From: Eledone cirrhosa
Lineage: Eukaryota
Direction: 5' to 3'
Assembly (NCBI GenBank): GCA_964016885.1
Contig: OZ024751.1
Span: 31,868,001 to 31,932,000 of the forward strand
Length of the DNA stretch: 64,000 nucleotides
Below are positions 52,226 through 64,000 of this stretch, piece by piece (position 1 is the stretch's first letter; each line of letters opens with the position of its first letter). A model generated the notes under the pieces. The model was not told where the DNA came from. It did not search any database and was given only the letters and a program-made list of their open reading frames with translations. The position numbers were made by a program, and so were the translations under genes.

Positions 52226-52570
52226 GCACCCCAGTAAATTTACTGAAAGGTGGGTGAATGTGGAAAAAATGGCCCGAGTGATTGGGCCTTCTCTGTATAT
52301 AAACCTGTAGGCTGAAGAAGAGAGCAAAAGGAAGAAAGGAGCACTTGCACAACACGCTCCTGAAGTTGAGGGTTGTTCTATCGATGGGGTATTAAACAAC
52401 TCATTTGTGGCGCCTCCCCCCTATTGGGGATTTCGATTGTTATAATTGTTTGTTTTATATTTTTTTTACACGATTGTATGTAAAATCCACGGCATGTCTT
52501 TGTTTTGTCCCCTTTTCTTGTGCGCCCTTGTGGCTAATAAAGAAATCTATCTATCTATCTATCTATCTAT
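51827..52570 (+). mobile_element. Three tandem 5'-truncated Tx1/L1-like 3' ends, each with a (TATC)n tail
   Basis: Units 51827-51986, 51988-52225 and 52226-52570 end gtggctaataaagaaa(tatc)n and align with 53960-54350. Confidence 0.85.
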
Positions 52571-52954
52571 AGAAGTGTGTCAGTGCTCTTTAAGAGCGAA
52601 ACTCTGGCACAAAAACACTCGGTTCACCCAATAAAAACGGATCAACACATCTTCTTCCTCACATACATGGGAAGAAGATGTGGGAAAACCACACACTTAA
52701 AGGCCTTTTGCCCTCTCTTAAACAATCCGAGGACAAACAAGGTGTTATAACCAACACCAAAACCCCAACTTTAACAGCCCAAACCAAACACAACACAAAA
52801 ACCTGCAACATCCACTCCCACACCACCACAGACCAGAGACAATCACACACAAAATCCCACTGAAAAACCCTCCATTGCCTCCTCCCTTCCCGTCAAATAC
52901 TTCCACAAACACCTGCACAAACACTCCACCACACAACATACCCCTACCATCACC

Positions 52955-54290
52955 CCTGATTCAGAAGTGGACTGAGTGCAAACTCTCCTTGAAAGGTCGA
53001 GCAGGGGTGGCAAACACTTACATAGCGTCCGTCATCTACTACCACTTGACAGTCGTACCTTGCCAAAATGGAATGCCTACTCTTCAAGTTCCTCTGGAAG
53101 AAACAGGCTCCATTGGTGAGGAGATCCATCTGCTGTCAACACCCTTCCAACGGAGGGCTGAGCATGCCGTGGCTGATGATGCGCAAACACGGGCTGAAGC
53201 TACGCCATCTCCAGGTATTCCTGACCGGTGAACCGGTGTGGCTGTCGTTTATGAGACAAGCTCTTCCACGACTCGTCTCACTAACAGAACTGCAGTCTTG
53301 GGTCAAGCGAAAACCGAAAACGGGTGCCTGGCACCTCGAGTGCCTACCGGCGCTCACAGCCCTCTACCAAGCGGAAACGGCAATCAGTGGAGACTCCACT
53401 TCGACATACTATAGGGGATTAGTGGAGGATAAGTGCGACGACGTTTTTGGGGAAACTCTAGGCATCGAGGAGGACGAACTGACCAGTCTGTTCGGGAGGA
53501 CTTTCCGTCCAGTGTCTATGGATAACTTCCAGAGGTCTCTGGCCTGGCAGTGTTACCGAGGAGCTCTACCAGATCGAGACAAAATCTACAGGCACCGACA
53601 CCCCGGCAGAGATCCTGCCAAAAGGACCTGTCCAAGATGCGAGCAGGACATCGAAACCGTTCTGCACGCAATTGTTCAGTGCTCAGGGGTGACCGACCTG
53701 TGGAATTATGTCGAACAGCTACTGTCACGCGTGTGACGCATCCAGTTGTCAGCCGAGTCCATCGTGAGGATCACCCCGCCGCCTTCATTTAAGAACGAAA
53801 GAGAGGCGGTTTTCCTCTGTCTGGTGGCTATGGCGAAAGAGGTAATATGGTGACGAGGTTAAAAGGACTGAGGGCAAACACCTTTCTCTCCGGACAACAA
53901 ATTATCCCCTTCTTTAAGTATCACTTCAGAAGGAAGGTGAGAGTGGCGAGAGAGGTGCTACACCCCAGTAAATTCGCTGAAAGGTGGGTGAATGTGGCGA
54001 AAATGGCCTGAGTGAATGGGCCTTCTCTGTATATAAACCTGTAGGTTGAGGAAGATAAACAGAGGGAAGACAGGAACACCTACAAAACGTGTTCCTGGTG
54101 TTGAGGGTTGTTCTATCCACGGGGTGTAAAACAACCCTGCAGTAACGTTCCCCCCTATTGGGATTTCAATTGTTATTTTATTATATATAATTTATTGTTA
54201 TTTATTAATGTTAAAGTTATTTTTATGTAAAATCCCCGCCGTCACGTCTTGTAATGTCCCATTTTTGTACCCCCCTGTGGCAAATAAAGA

Positions 54291-54350
<60 letters not shown>
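52955..54350 (+). mobile_element. Tx1/L1-clade LINE ORF2 3' part (post-RT region and CCHC zinc knuckle), frameshifted
   Basis: W..CKLSLKGRA.VAN.YI.S.IYY.L.V.P, FKFLW, GGLSMP, CPRC..DIETVLHAIVQC; AATAAA followed by (TATC)n. Confidence 0.9.
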
Positions 54351-54351
<1 letters not shown>

Positions 54352-54814
54352 CTCAACTAACCCTCTTCCTCATTTTCTCTTTCACTATTATCTAGCCCCC
54401 ACCTCCCCTCTCTTTTTCGTAACACACACTTTTATAGAATGAGTTAAAGTTATATAAAAACCCAAAACCGGAAATGTGGAAATATATCCTAACACGACAA
54501 ATACAACGTTATTTGACATCTAATTGCTTTAATATTAGCAGAGTCGAATTACATCGATGTCAATTTTGCCATCATTCTTTTTTCTAAATATATTTCGATT
54601 AAGTAAGATTACAGGGTTTGCCTCCCTTGCTTTTATTGACCAGAATTGACAAGGAAACTAATCCATCGTTCTCTTTACATCAGATGTAATATTAATTGAT
54701 TAAATCTTTTTGGCTACATTATATTACAGTATGCTAGTAATGATATTCCAGTTTTTTTTTTCATGCAGAGCATGTCCCTAGGTATTGCAGCTATAAGGTT
54801 GATCTGTCGCATTA

Positions 54815-55292
54815 CTGTATAGCTATTCAACTCTAAAGTTGAACAGCTTTGTAACTGTATAGCTATATAGCTGTATAGCTGTATAGCTGTATAGCTATAC
54901 AGTTATACAGTTATACAGCTGATTAGATGATTAGCTGTACAGCTATATAGCTATATAGCTATATAGCTATTCAACTACAGCTATACAGCTATATAACTAT
55001 ATAGCTATATAGTTATATAGCTGTATAGCTATACAGTTATACAACAGGTTAGGTGACCAGCTGTACAACTGAATAGCTATACAACTGTATAGCTATACAA
55101 CTATACAGTTATACAGCTATACAGCTATACAGCTATATAACTATACAGCTATATAACTATATAGCTATATAGCTATATAGCTATATAGCTGTATAGCTGT
55201 ATAGTTATACAGCTGATTAGCTGATCAGCTGTACAGCTATACAGCTATATAGCAATTCAACTATACAGCTATATAGTTGAACACAGCTGGAT
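54815..55292. repeat. 9-bp satellite (tatagctat / tatacagct) with higher-order blocks
   Basis: Directly visible; the gattag.tga..agctgtaca spacer recurs three times. Confidence 0.9.
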
Positions 55293-55397
55293 CAGCAATC
55301 AATTCAACACACGTTTATAAGGAGAAATTAATATTTTCCAACAATTCCGCTCTTTTATCTGTAGAAACCTTTCAACTTACTTTGCGCCGAACATTAA

Positions 55398-55504
<107 letters not shown>

Positions 55505-55876
55505 CTCACAGACGCGCGCGCTCACACACACACACACACACAGACGCACTCACAGATGTGCACACACACACACAGACAGACACACGCACACGCTGGCACA
55601 CACAGACAGACACACTCACTGACAGACAGACACACACCCACAGACACACACACGCAGCCATACACTCACAGACACACACCCAAACACGAACGTACACTCA
55701 CTGACGTACACACTTACACACACACACCCATAGACAGACAGACAGACAGACAGACACACGCACACATTCACAGACACACACATCAGGCACAAACACACAC
55801 AGACAGACAGACTTACAGACGTGCACACTCACAGACACACTCACGGGTACACACTCACCCACACATATTTATATAT

Positions 55877-55952
<76 letters not shown>

Positions 55953-56072
55953 TGTGCAGGTGTGTATGTGTATATGTATATACACATTGTAATTAATATA
56001 GATTTGCTTATGAGTGTGTATGTGTGTGTGTAAGTGTATGTTTGTAAGTGTGCGTTTGTTCTTGTCTATATT

Positions 56073-56104
<32 letters not shown>

Positions 56105-57073
56105 CATATGTGTGTGTGTGTGTGTCTCTCTCTTTATATATATATATACACTCATTGTAGTTAATAAGTTTGTGTATGTGTGTATGTGTGTGTGTCTGTG
56201 AGTGTGTGTATGTGTGCGTACGTACGTTTGGTCTGTGTGTGTATGTATGTATGTGTGCGTGCGTGTATGTGCGTGTGTGTGTGTGCGTGTGTGTGCACGT
56301 GTGTGCATGTATATGTGTGTGTTTTGTTTCATCAGTAGAAACGAAATAGGTTTAAAAAAAAGGTAGATAACCACTCCTTTTAGAGATTGTTATCTTCCCA
56401 GTTGCTGGCCTCATTAATCAAACTTAGAAATTTGGGTTTCTTCTCAATTCCACGCCCCTTTCCTACTCTACATACACATTACAGACATACATTTATATAC
56501 AAACACAATATAATAGGCACCTATGTGAATATACACACGTAAAGAAACACTCAAAACCGTTTGCACACTTCTATAGATACTTACATGTGTTAGCAAACTC
56601 CTATCTCTTTCCTCGTCATTTAAAATACTCCAGGACAGTGTTTAACTATTTTGTTAAACATTCTGATCACAAATGGACCAGCAGTACTGTTGGTTAGCGT
56701 GTGAAACTGTATATGTCCATTTCCGATAGCTGATGACCGCGGTTTTTTTTTTCTGTTCAAGTTACTATCTTTAAGTTTAATAAAGAAATATATCTTTGAG
56801 TCGTCTACGTACCAATCTATTTCTTTTATTCGTCAAAGTGTCTCCCTTCCTGTACTGCTGTCTGTTTTGTGATTTTTTAATTATTAGTTGTCAATTTTGC
56901 AACTATATTATAATGATAGTGCGAAGGTTAGATATAGATATTCATAAATCATTTTATTCATAATCTGCTGCAATACGTATTTCTGTGGCGTTAATAATTA
57001 CTTAATTTGTATATATAAACCTTATTTTAACGAACAAAGCTCATCTCTCTCTCTCTATCTCTCTCTCTCCCTG

Positions 57074-57104
<31 letters not shown>

Positions 57105-57225
57105 ATTTATGCGAAGAATATGTTTGAAATTATAGAGTTTATAGTTATAATATATGTTTAAAAATTATAAAATTAATGTTAAAATCTTTGTTTAAAACGA
57201 CAGAATTTGTGTTAAACAACGGTAG

Positions 57226-57425
57226 NNNNNNNNNNNNNNNNNNNNNNNNNNNNNNNNNNNNNNNNNNNNNNNNNNNNNNNNNNNNNNNNNNNNNNNNNNN
57301 NNNNNNNNNNNNNNNNNNNNNNNNNNNNNNNNNNNNNNNNNNNNNNNNNNNNNNNNNNNNNNNNNNNNNNNNNNNNNNNNNNNNNNNNNNNNNNNNNNNN
57401 NNNNNNNNNNNNNNNNNNNNNNNNN
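57226..57425. other. Assembly gap (200 N)
   Basis: Run of N. Confidence 1.
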
Positions 57426-57762
57426 TGCAGACCGTCGAATATATATATATAAAATACTCGACACTCTTCACACACACACACACACTTACACAAACACCTA
57501 GCCACTCACACACAAACACACAGACATACACATACAAAGACACACTCATACACAGCTACACACTCACAGATATACACATAGACACACACACAAAGACATA
57601 TACACACACGACACACACACATCCGGTTTTCTGTTAGCTACAAACCCAATGTCACAAATGTCTTCGTTTATATATCTTTGACTGTTTATCTGTTAGTCAA
57701 CCTCACTCTCTCTCTCTCTCTCCTCCTCACTCTCCACCTCTCTATCTCCCTCTCTCTCTCTC

Positions 57763-57796
<34 letters not shown>

Positions 57797-58313
57797 CTCT
57801 CTCTCTTCTTTGTCTCCTTCTTCCACACCCCTCTCTCCCGCTCTCTATCTCCCTCCTCCCGTCCTCTCACTCGCTCAATTTCTACCTTTCTCATCCTCTC
57901 TCTCCCATCCCCTCTCACCCCTCTCTCTCTCTCCGTCTCTCGCTCCTTCCATTCCTCCCTCTCTCGCAATTTCTACCTTTCTCGTCCTCTCTCTCCCATC
58001 CCTCTCACCCCTCTCTCTCTCTCCGTCTCTCACCCCCCTCTCTCTCTATCTCTGTCTAATATATTCTCGGAAGTTGATGTCAAATCTTATTTTCCTTAAT
58101 TACATCAACATATTTATTTAATTAATTCGCTCGATGTTTGTTTTTTTGTTATTTTTATGATTGTTATTGTTGTTAATGTTGTAGTAGTAGTAGTAGTTGT
58201 TGTTGTTCTTGTTGTTGATGGTGGCGGGGGTATTGGTGGTGATGAAGGTTTCAAATATATATATATATATATTTATATATATGTATGTATACACACACAA
58301 ATATATATATATA

Positions 58314-58349
<36 letters not shown>

Positions 58350-58377
58350 AAATAAATAAATATGTATGTATATATCC

Positions 58378-58496
58378 TATAGAAATGACTTCTACAGGAC
58401 TAGAACTATTTCATTCGTTTGAAATCACCAGGAAGCTCCATCAAGACTTTCAAAGTAATGAAACAGTTCTAGTCCTGTAAAAAACATTTCTCTATG
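58378..58496 (-). mobile_element. Family A Penelope-like fold-back with a hammerhead (CTGGTGA variant)
   Basis: Minus strand: gcttc CTGGTGA tttcaaacgaat GAAA tag..ctg TA gaagt; inverted partial copy aatgaaacagttctagtcctgta at 58457-58480. Confidence 0.65.
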
Positions 58497-58805
58497 GAAC
58501 AAATATGTACCGTCTCTACCATGGTTCTCTTCCATTCCTCTTGGGAAAAAAATTTCACAAAACAAAAGACAAGATGGAGTAGAAGATTAAGGCCAGAAAG
58601 AAGAGGAGACACAAAAAGAAGAGTTAGTCATTGAGGAGGTCACATAATGTGTGACGAAAGAAATTTGACAAACGAATGAATAAAGATCGATAAAGATAAA
58701 GTGAAAATCATATGGTGTGTGAGTTTCTTTTTATTGGGAATACTGGCAACATCACAAGTTATATTTGTGGTTGAAGAAAAATATACTCAGAAACGAGGAA
58801 GAACC

Positions 58806-58855
<50 letters not shown>

Positions 58856-58925
58856 GCGAAGACAGGAAAATCAACGAATATAGAGAGTAGTCCCAACTCA
58901 TCACTAGACCGCTAGAGATACGCTG

Positions 58926-59300
<375 letters not shown>

Positions 59301-59429
59301 ATATATATATATATATATATATAACGAAGGAAGTGTGGTAAGGAACCAGGTGGACCATAACGCACCAGAGTACTCGATATTATGGGTAGTAGAGTGGGTA
59401 ATAGGAAAAGAGTCAGGACCCCGACTTTT

Positions 59430-59479
<50 letters not shown>

Positions 59480-59706
59480 ACATAAACAGAGAAAGCCTTA
59501 AGCGATACTCCGACCAACTCCATCTCACTCAACAAACATTAGGATATACTAAAGTATTATCCCAATTTAGTGTTTGGGGTGCTAACTAATCAGTATTTCG
59601 TGGATAATTGGTTGTATTATTTTATATGAGACATTATTAAATAAATATCTCATTTCTTCCAGACGGCCGTTTCGTTATATATAGTCGGTTCTTCCTCGTT
59701 TCTGAC

Positions 59707-59709
<3 letters not shown>

Positions 59710-59737
<28 letters not shown>

Positions 59738-59822
59738 CGAGAGAGTCGTTAACACCAACCAAATCCTCCACTGACCATCAGATGGTCAGTGGAGGATTTG
59801 GTTGGAGTTAACGAATCTCTCG

Positions 59823-59853
<31 letters not shown>
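59710..59853. repeat. ~140-bp near-perfect palindrome with a 1-nt loop
   Basis: ccaaccaaatcctccactgaccatc-a-gatggtcagtggaggatttggttgg, extending through (TG)/(CA) and (TA). Confidence 0.92.
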
Positions 59854-59854
<1 letters not shown>

Positions 59855-60148
59855 TGGCAACATGACCCTCCCAAAGTATAACAATATATATATAGAGAGA
59901 GATATATATATATTGTAATATGGAATTATGTTAGTACTACTGCTTATATATATATATAACAAAGGAAGTGTGGTAAGGAACAAGTTGAACCATAACGCAC
60001 CAGGGTACTCAATACTTAGGGTAGTAGAGTGGGTAATAGGAAAAAGTTTAACCCCGACGGCAGAGCTCAAGCCGTTTCACACACACAGAAACAAGATGGC
60101 GTAGGACAGAACAAAGGAGAGGCACAAAAACAAAGAAAAGAATCCCCA

Positions 60149-60191
60149 GTCACTGAAGAGGTCACAGAATGAGTGACGAAAGAACTTTGAC
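60149..60191 (+). ncRNA. Minimal type-I hammerhead ribozyme (family D)
   Basis: gtca CTGAAGA g-gtcac-agaatga-gtgac GAAA gaac TT^ tgac; degenerate paralogue gtcaTTGAGGAggtcac..gtgacGAAA..tgac at 58627-58669. Confidence 0.65.
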
Positions 60192-60399
60192 AATATATGA
60201 ACAATCGTCTGGTTGTGGAACCAACAAACCAACCGGAAATTTATAAATTCCTAAATTTATAAATTTATTATAATAAATTGAAGTGAAAGCAGCTGGTGCG
60301 TGTGTTTCTTATTGGCAACATGACCCTCCCAAAGTATAACAATATCGGTTTCAACACACGTTTTCAGATAAAGAATCTTGCTAAACAAATTCAGAAACG

Positions 60400-60435
<36 letters not shown>

Positions 60436-60473
60436 TTACAGATACACATGCACGCACATATATGGAAAGAGAA

Positions 60474-60542
<69 letters not shown>

Positions 60543-60865
60543 GGAGAGAGAGAGAGAGAGAGTTAGGTGGGTGTGAAAAAGAGCGGACTATACATTAAAA
60601 AGAAATTCCATCATACATCTTGATAACGGGGACGGTTTAAAACACTTGACGAAGGAAATAAATGAATAACTGCCCCTCATTCCCCACCCCTGGGCCAATC
60701 AATGCTCTACTTAAGACCAGATTAACTTCCACGCCCACTTAACTGTTGAGCTGGGATTCTCCTTACCCCCGCACTTCCCTCACTGAACAAAAATCTTTTT
60801 ATCTGATAGTCATATAATATAGGAGGCTCTCTCATTGAGAAGAAACCTTGATCGTAGCTATTGTT

Positions 60866-60903
<38 letters not shown>

Positions 60904-60913
<10 letters not shown>

Positions 60914-61056
60914 GGAGTCGGGGCCTGACGGCTGAGCCCTTGCCGTTTCGACAGCTAATTGCATGTGTCTGGATTTAGCTGTCGAAACGGCAAGAGTTCA
61001 GCCGTCGGGCACCGACTCTTTCTAATATAGTCACACTCTACTATGCCAAGTATCGA
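60904..61056. mobile_element. Family B fold-back (55-bp arms) containing two hammerhead 3' halves
   Basis: Arms 60904-60958 and 60975-61029; GAAACggc-aagagttca-gccGTC at 60984-61006. Confidence 0.7.
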
Positions 61057-61316
61057 TTAGTTTGCTGAATAGTGGTCTTACTAGCAAAACTAGCAAAATC
61101 CTGATTTTATATATATATATATAATCAGGATTTTGCTATATATATATATATATATATATATTACTTCAAAATATTAATAAATATAGATATTCATGTGATC
61201 AAATATATTTTATTATATATATTTAAGAGGTACTGTTTCCTCAGTACGTCCCCATCAGATAAAATAAATTGATGTCTGACATACTTCAACTGTGCTGATG
61301 GTTCAATTCCAGTCTT

Positions 61317-61558
<242 letters not shown>

Positions 61559-62349
61559 TCTTGATATATATATATATATATATACAACCGCACACATGCA
61601 AACACACATATATACACAAAAAGGTACACACACATACATCACACATATTCACACACCTACTCACACACAGACGTTGTATATGGATGAATGCATTAAAAGA
61701 TAGACTAGTTATGATATTTTTCACAGAAAATAAAAGCCTAAGAAACATATGTCGAGAGAAATAATGGTTCCTTTGGCAAGGAACGAGACCGTTTCTACAA
61801 AGAGAGGGCGGTGTGGTGTGGCGGTGGAGGCGAAGATTAACAGAATGCTACAAGATTTTATTCTTGCAAAACCTTATGTTAAGAACCTAGCAGTTAATTA
61901 CTTCACGAATTACAAAAGATACGCAAGAATTTGCTGTTTAAGATTTTTGTTGTTGTTGTTGTTATAAAGTGAAGTAGATGATGTAATGTATGTATGCTTG
62001 TACCCATAACTCCTGATGGAGTCGTAGGGGTGCCGTAGGGTCATACGGCGTTTCTTGAAAATCGTAGGGATGCAACAGTAACATATAGCATATCTTTTAT
62101 AGACCCGTAACACTTCATGGATTCGAAGGGTGCTGCAGGGGCATACGGCGTTTCTTGGTAATCGTAGGGGTGCAGCAGTAACATAAAGCATGTCTTTGAT
62201 AGACACGTAACACTTTATGGAATCGTAGGAGTGCCGCAGGGGCATACTGCGTTTCTTGGGAATTTTAAATCCTAGTGAACCCCATCTCTTATTAGATCTG
62301 AACAGAACAAACATCTTCCAGAGAAGGAGAGAAAGAGATTATAAAAACA

Positions 62350-62712
62350 GAATCAACCCCAGTACAGAATTGGTATTTATTTTTATTGACCTCGGAAGGG
62401 CGGTGGTTTGGCAGTATCAGTAGAGCGTCAGACACCATGCTTTGCAGCATAGTTATGGCCCTTTGCGTTCTGAGTTCAAATCTGCCGAGGTTAACTTTGC
62501 CTTTCATCCTTACGAGGCTGATAAAATAAAATACCAGTGATGCACTGGGGTAATCGCTGGCCTTGTACCAAAAGTAGAAATCTATTTTTATTCACCTCGA
62601 AAGGATGAAAGGTCAAAGTTGACCTCAGCAGGTTTTTGAACTCAGAGAGTGCAGAGAGCCGAAAGTAATGCTACAAAATATTCTATCCAACGTTTTAACG
62701 ACTCAACCAATC
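62350..62712. mobile_element. SINE (62409-62588, +) nested in an older minus-strand SINE
   Basis: Consensus head and body on +; reverse-complement pieces at 62350-62400 and 62585-62712. Confidence 0.8.
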
Positions 62713-62854
62713 CACTGCGCTTTGGAAACATTATCTGTTAATCTCCATACATTCATTTAACTGCAATTGATCAGTCTCTGGGTAAAACCACATAACCTAT
62801 TTCTCTCGTAATATGAAGAATAACTGTTACTAAAGGCTATCAGTCAATCACCAA

Positions 62855-62855
<1 letters not shown>

Positions 62856-62885
<30 letters not shown>

Positions 62886-62936
62886 CTTCTTCTTCTTCTT
62901 CTTCTTCTTCTTCTTCTTCTTCTTCTTCTTCTTCTT

Positions 62937-63033
<97 letters not shown>

Positions 63034-63075
63034 TCATTATTATTATTATCATTATCATTATTATTATTATCATCA
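62856..63075. repeat. (TTC)n(CTA)n(ATT)n compound microsatellite
   Basis: Directly visible. Confidence 0.97.
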
Positions 63076-63804
63076 ACATGAAATCACAGAAGTGTGAAAT
63101 AAGAAGAGACGAAGAAAGAAATACAATATGTATGAAAGTGTGTGTATAGGTGTGTACAGAGATGCCAAAATGACTACCATATGTGTGTGTATGTGTGTGT
63201 ATGAGAGTGTTTGTGTGTTTGCATGTACGCGTGCATGTATGTCAACATAGCTTGTATTTGTGTATTGGTTAGTGTATAGTTATATATGTGAGTGTATGGA
63301 TGTATGTGTATGTATGTGTGTATATGTGTGTGTATGTGTGCTGCGTGCGTATGTGTATATGTGTGTGTGCGTGTATATGTGTATGTGTGTATATATAGAT
63401 ATATGCGTGTGTATGGGAGTGTGTGTGTGTCAATATATATATATATATATATATATATAGTCGGGTTTTAGTTTTCCGTACTTTTACATATTGAATAACC
63501 AATATGTGCAGAACTTTATAACGTTTGGTTATTGAATAAACTGAAGTAGGACCCGTCTTTAACTCTTCTCTCCTTAGTTGAGGTACTTAAGATATTTTTT
63601 CATCTATATTTGTGAAATTCACATAAAGGCATAACTTGTCTCTACCTCTTTTGTTCTGTCCCAATGTGCAATGGAATGAACGGTATCAATCTTATTATCC
63701 GAAACCGTAGTGATTTCCACAGGTTGACTGACGAGATGGGACTGTCCACCTTTCCGTTGTTTTTTCCATTGTCTTTATCCCCTATTTTGAATATATATAT
63801 ATAG

Positions 63805-63865
63805 TTACTTCGGATTTAGCTGTCGAAAAGGTCGGAGCTCAGCCGTCGGGTCCTGACTTTTTTCC

Positions 63866-63867
<2 letters not shown>
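63805..63867 (+). mobile_element. Family B fragment (hammerhead 3' half)
   Basis: ggatttagctgtcGAAAaggtcggagctcagccGTCgggtcctgacttttttcc between (TA)n tracts. Confidence 0.6.
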
Positions 63868-63949
<82 letters not shown>

Positions 63950-64000
63950 CGTGTGTGTGTGTGTGCGTGTGTGCCTGTGTGCGTGCGTGTGTGTGTGTGT

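Larger units (their letters stand above)
59325..60400. mobile_element. Cluster of rearranged Penelope-like termini (families B, D and others)
   Basis: Family B ends at 59325-59432 and 59961-60078 (-); hammerhead half GAAAC-ggcc-GTC at 59662-59673 (-); hammerhead at 60149-60191; 60090-60190 is similar to 58568-58670; 60320-60380 is similar to 26628-26690. Confidence 0.65.

Noticed and set aside
57176-57637. ORFs spanning X runs
   Set aside because: Artefacts of the 200-N assembly gap

Overview
Eukaryotic, extremely microsatellite-rich DNA. The abundant tRNA-derived SINE, a Ceph-type SINE and RTE LINE tails point to an octopus (coleoid cephalopod); this is an inference. Only one host protein-coding gene is supported: an intronless GAS1-like gene (8368-9177, +) with a signal peptide, two GDNF/GAS1 cysteine-rich domains and a GPI-type C-terminus. 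The rest is about 13 kb of alternating (TA/TG/CA)n DNA, 27-bp and 21-bp minisatellites, about 14 SINE copies, RTE LINE fragments, an internally deleted mariner with two 3' ends, a hAT-like MITE, a stack of Tx1/L1-like 3' ends in a (TATC)n tract and a 200-N gap. The most interesting signal is non-coding. At least a dozen short islands embedded in (TA)n microsatellites carry complete, degenerate or half type-I hammerhead ribozyme motifs (CTGANGA...GAAA...UH with pairing stems) from several sequence families. Many are fold-back palindromes that break inside the ribozyme. They look like termini of microsatellite-targeting Penelope-like retroelements or non-autonomous derivatives. All structures were read by eye and coordinates of degenerate repeats are approximate.
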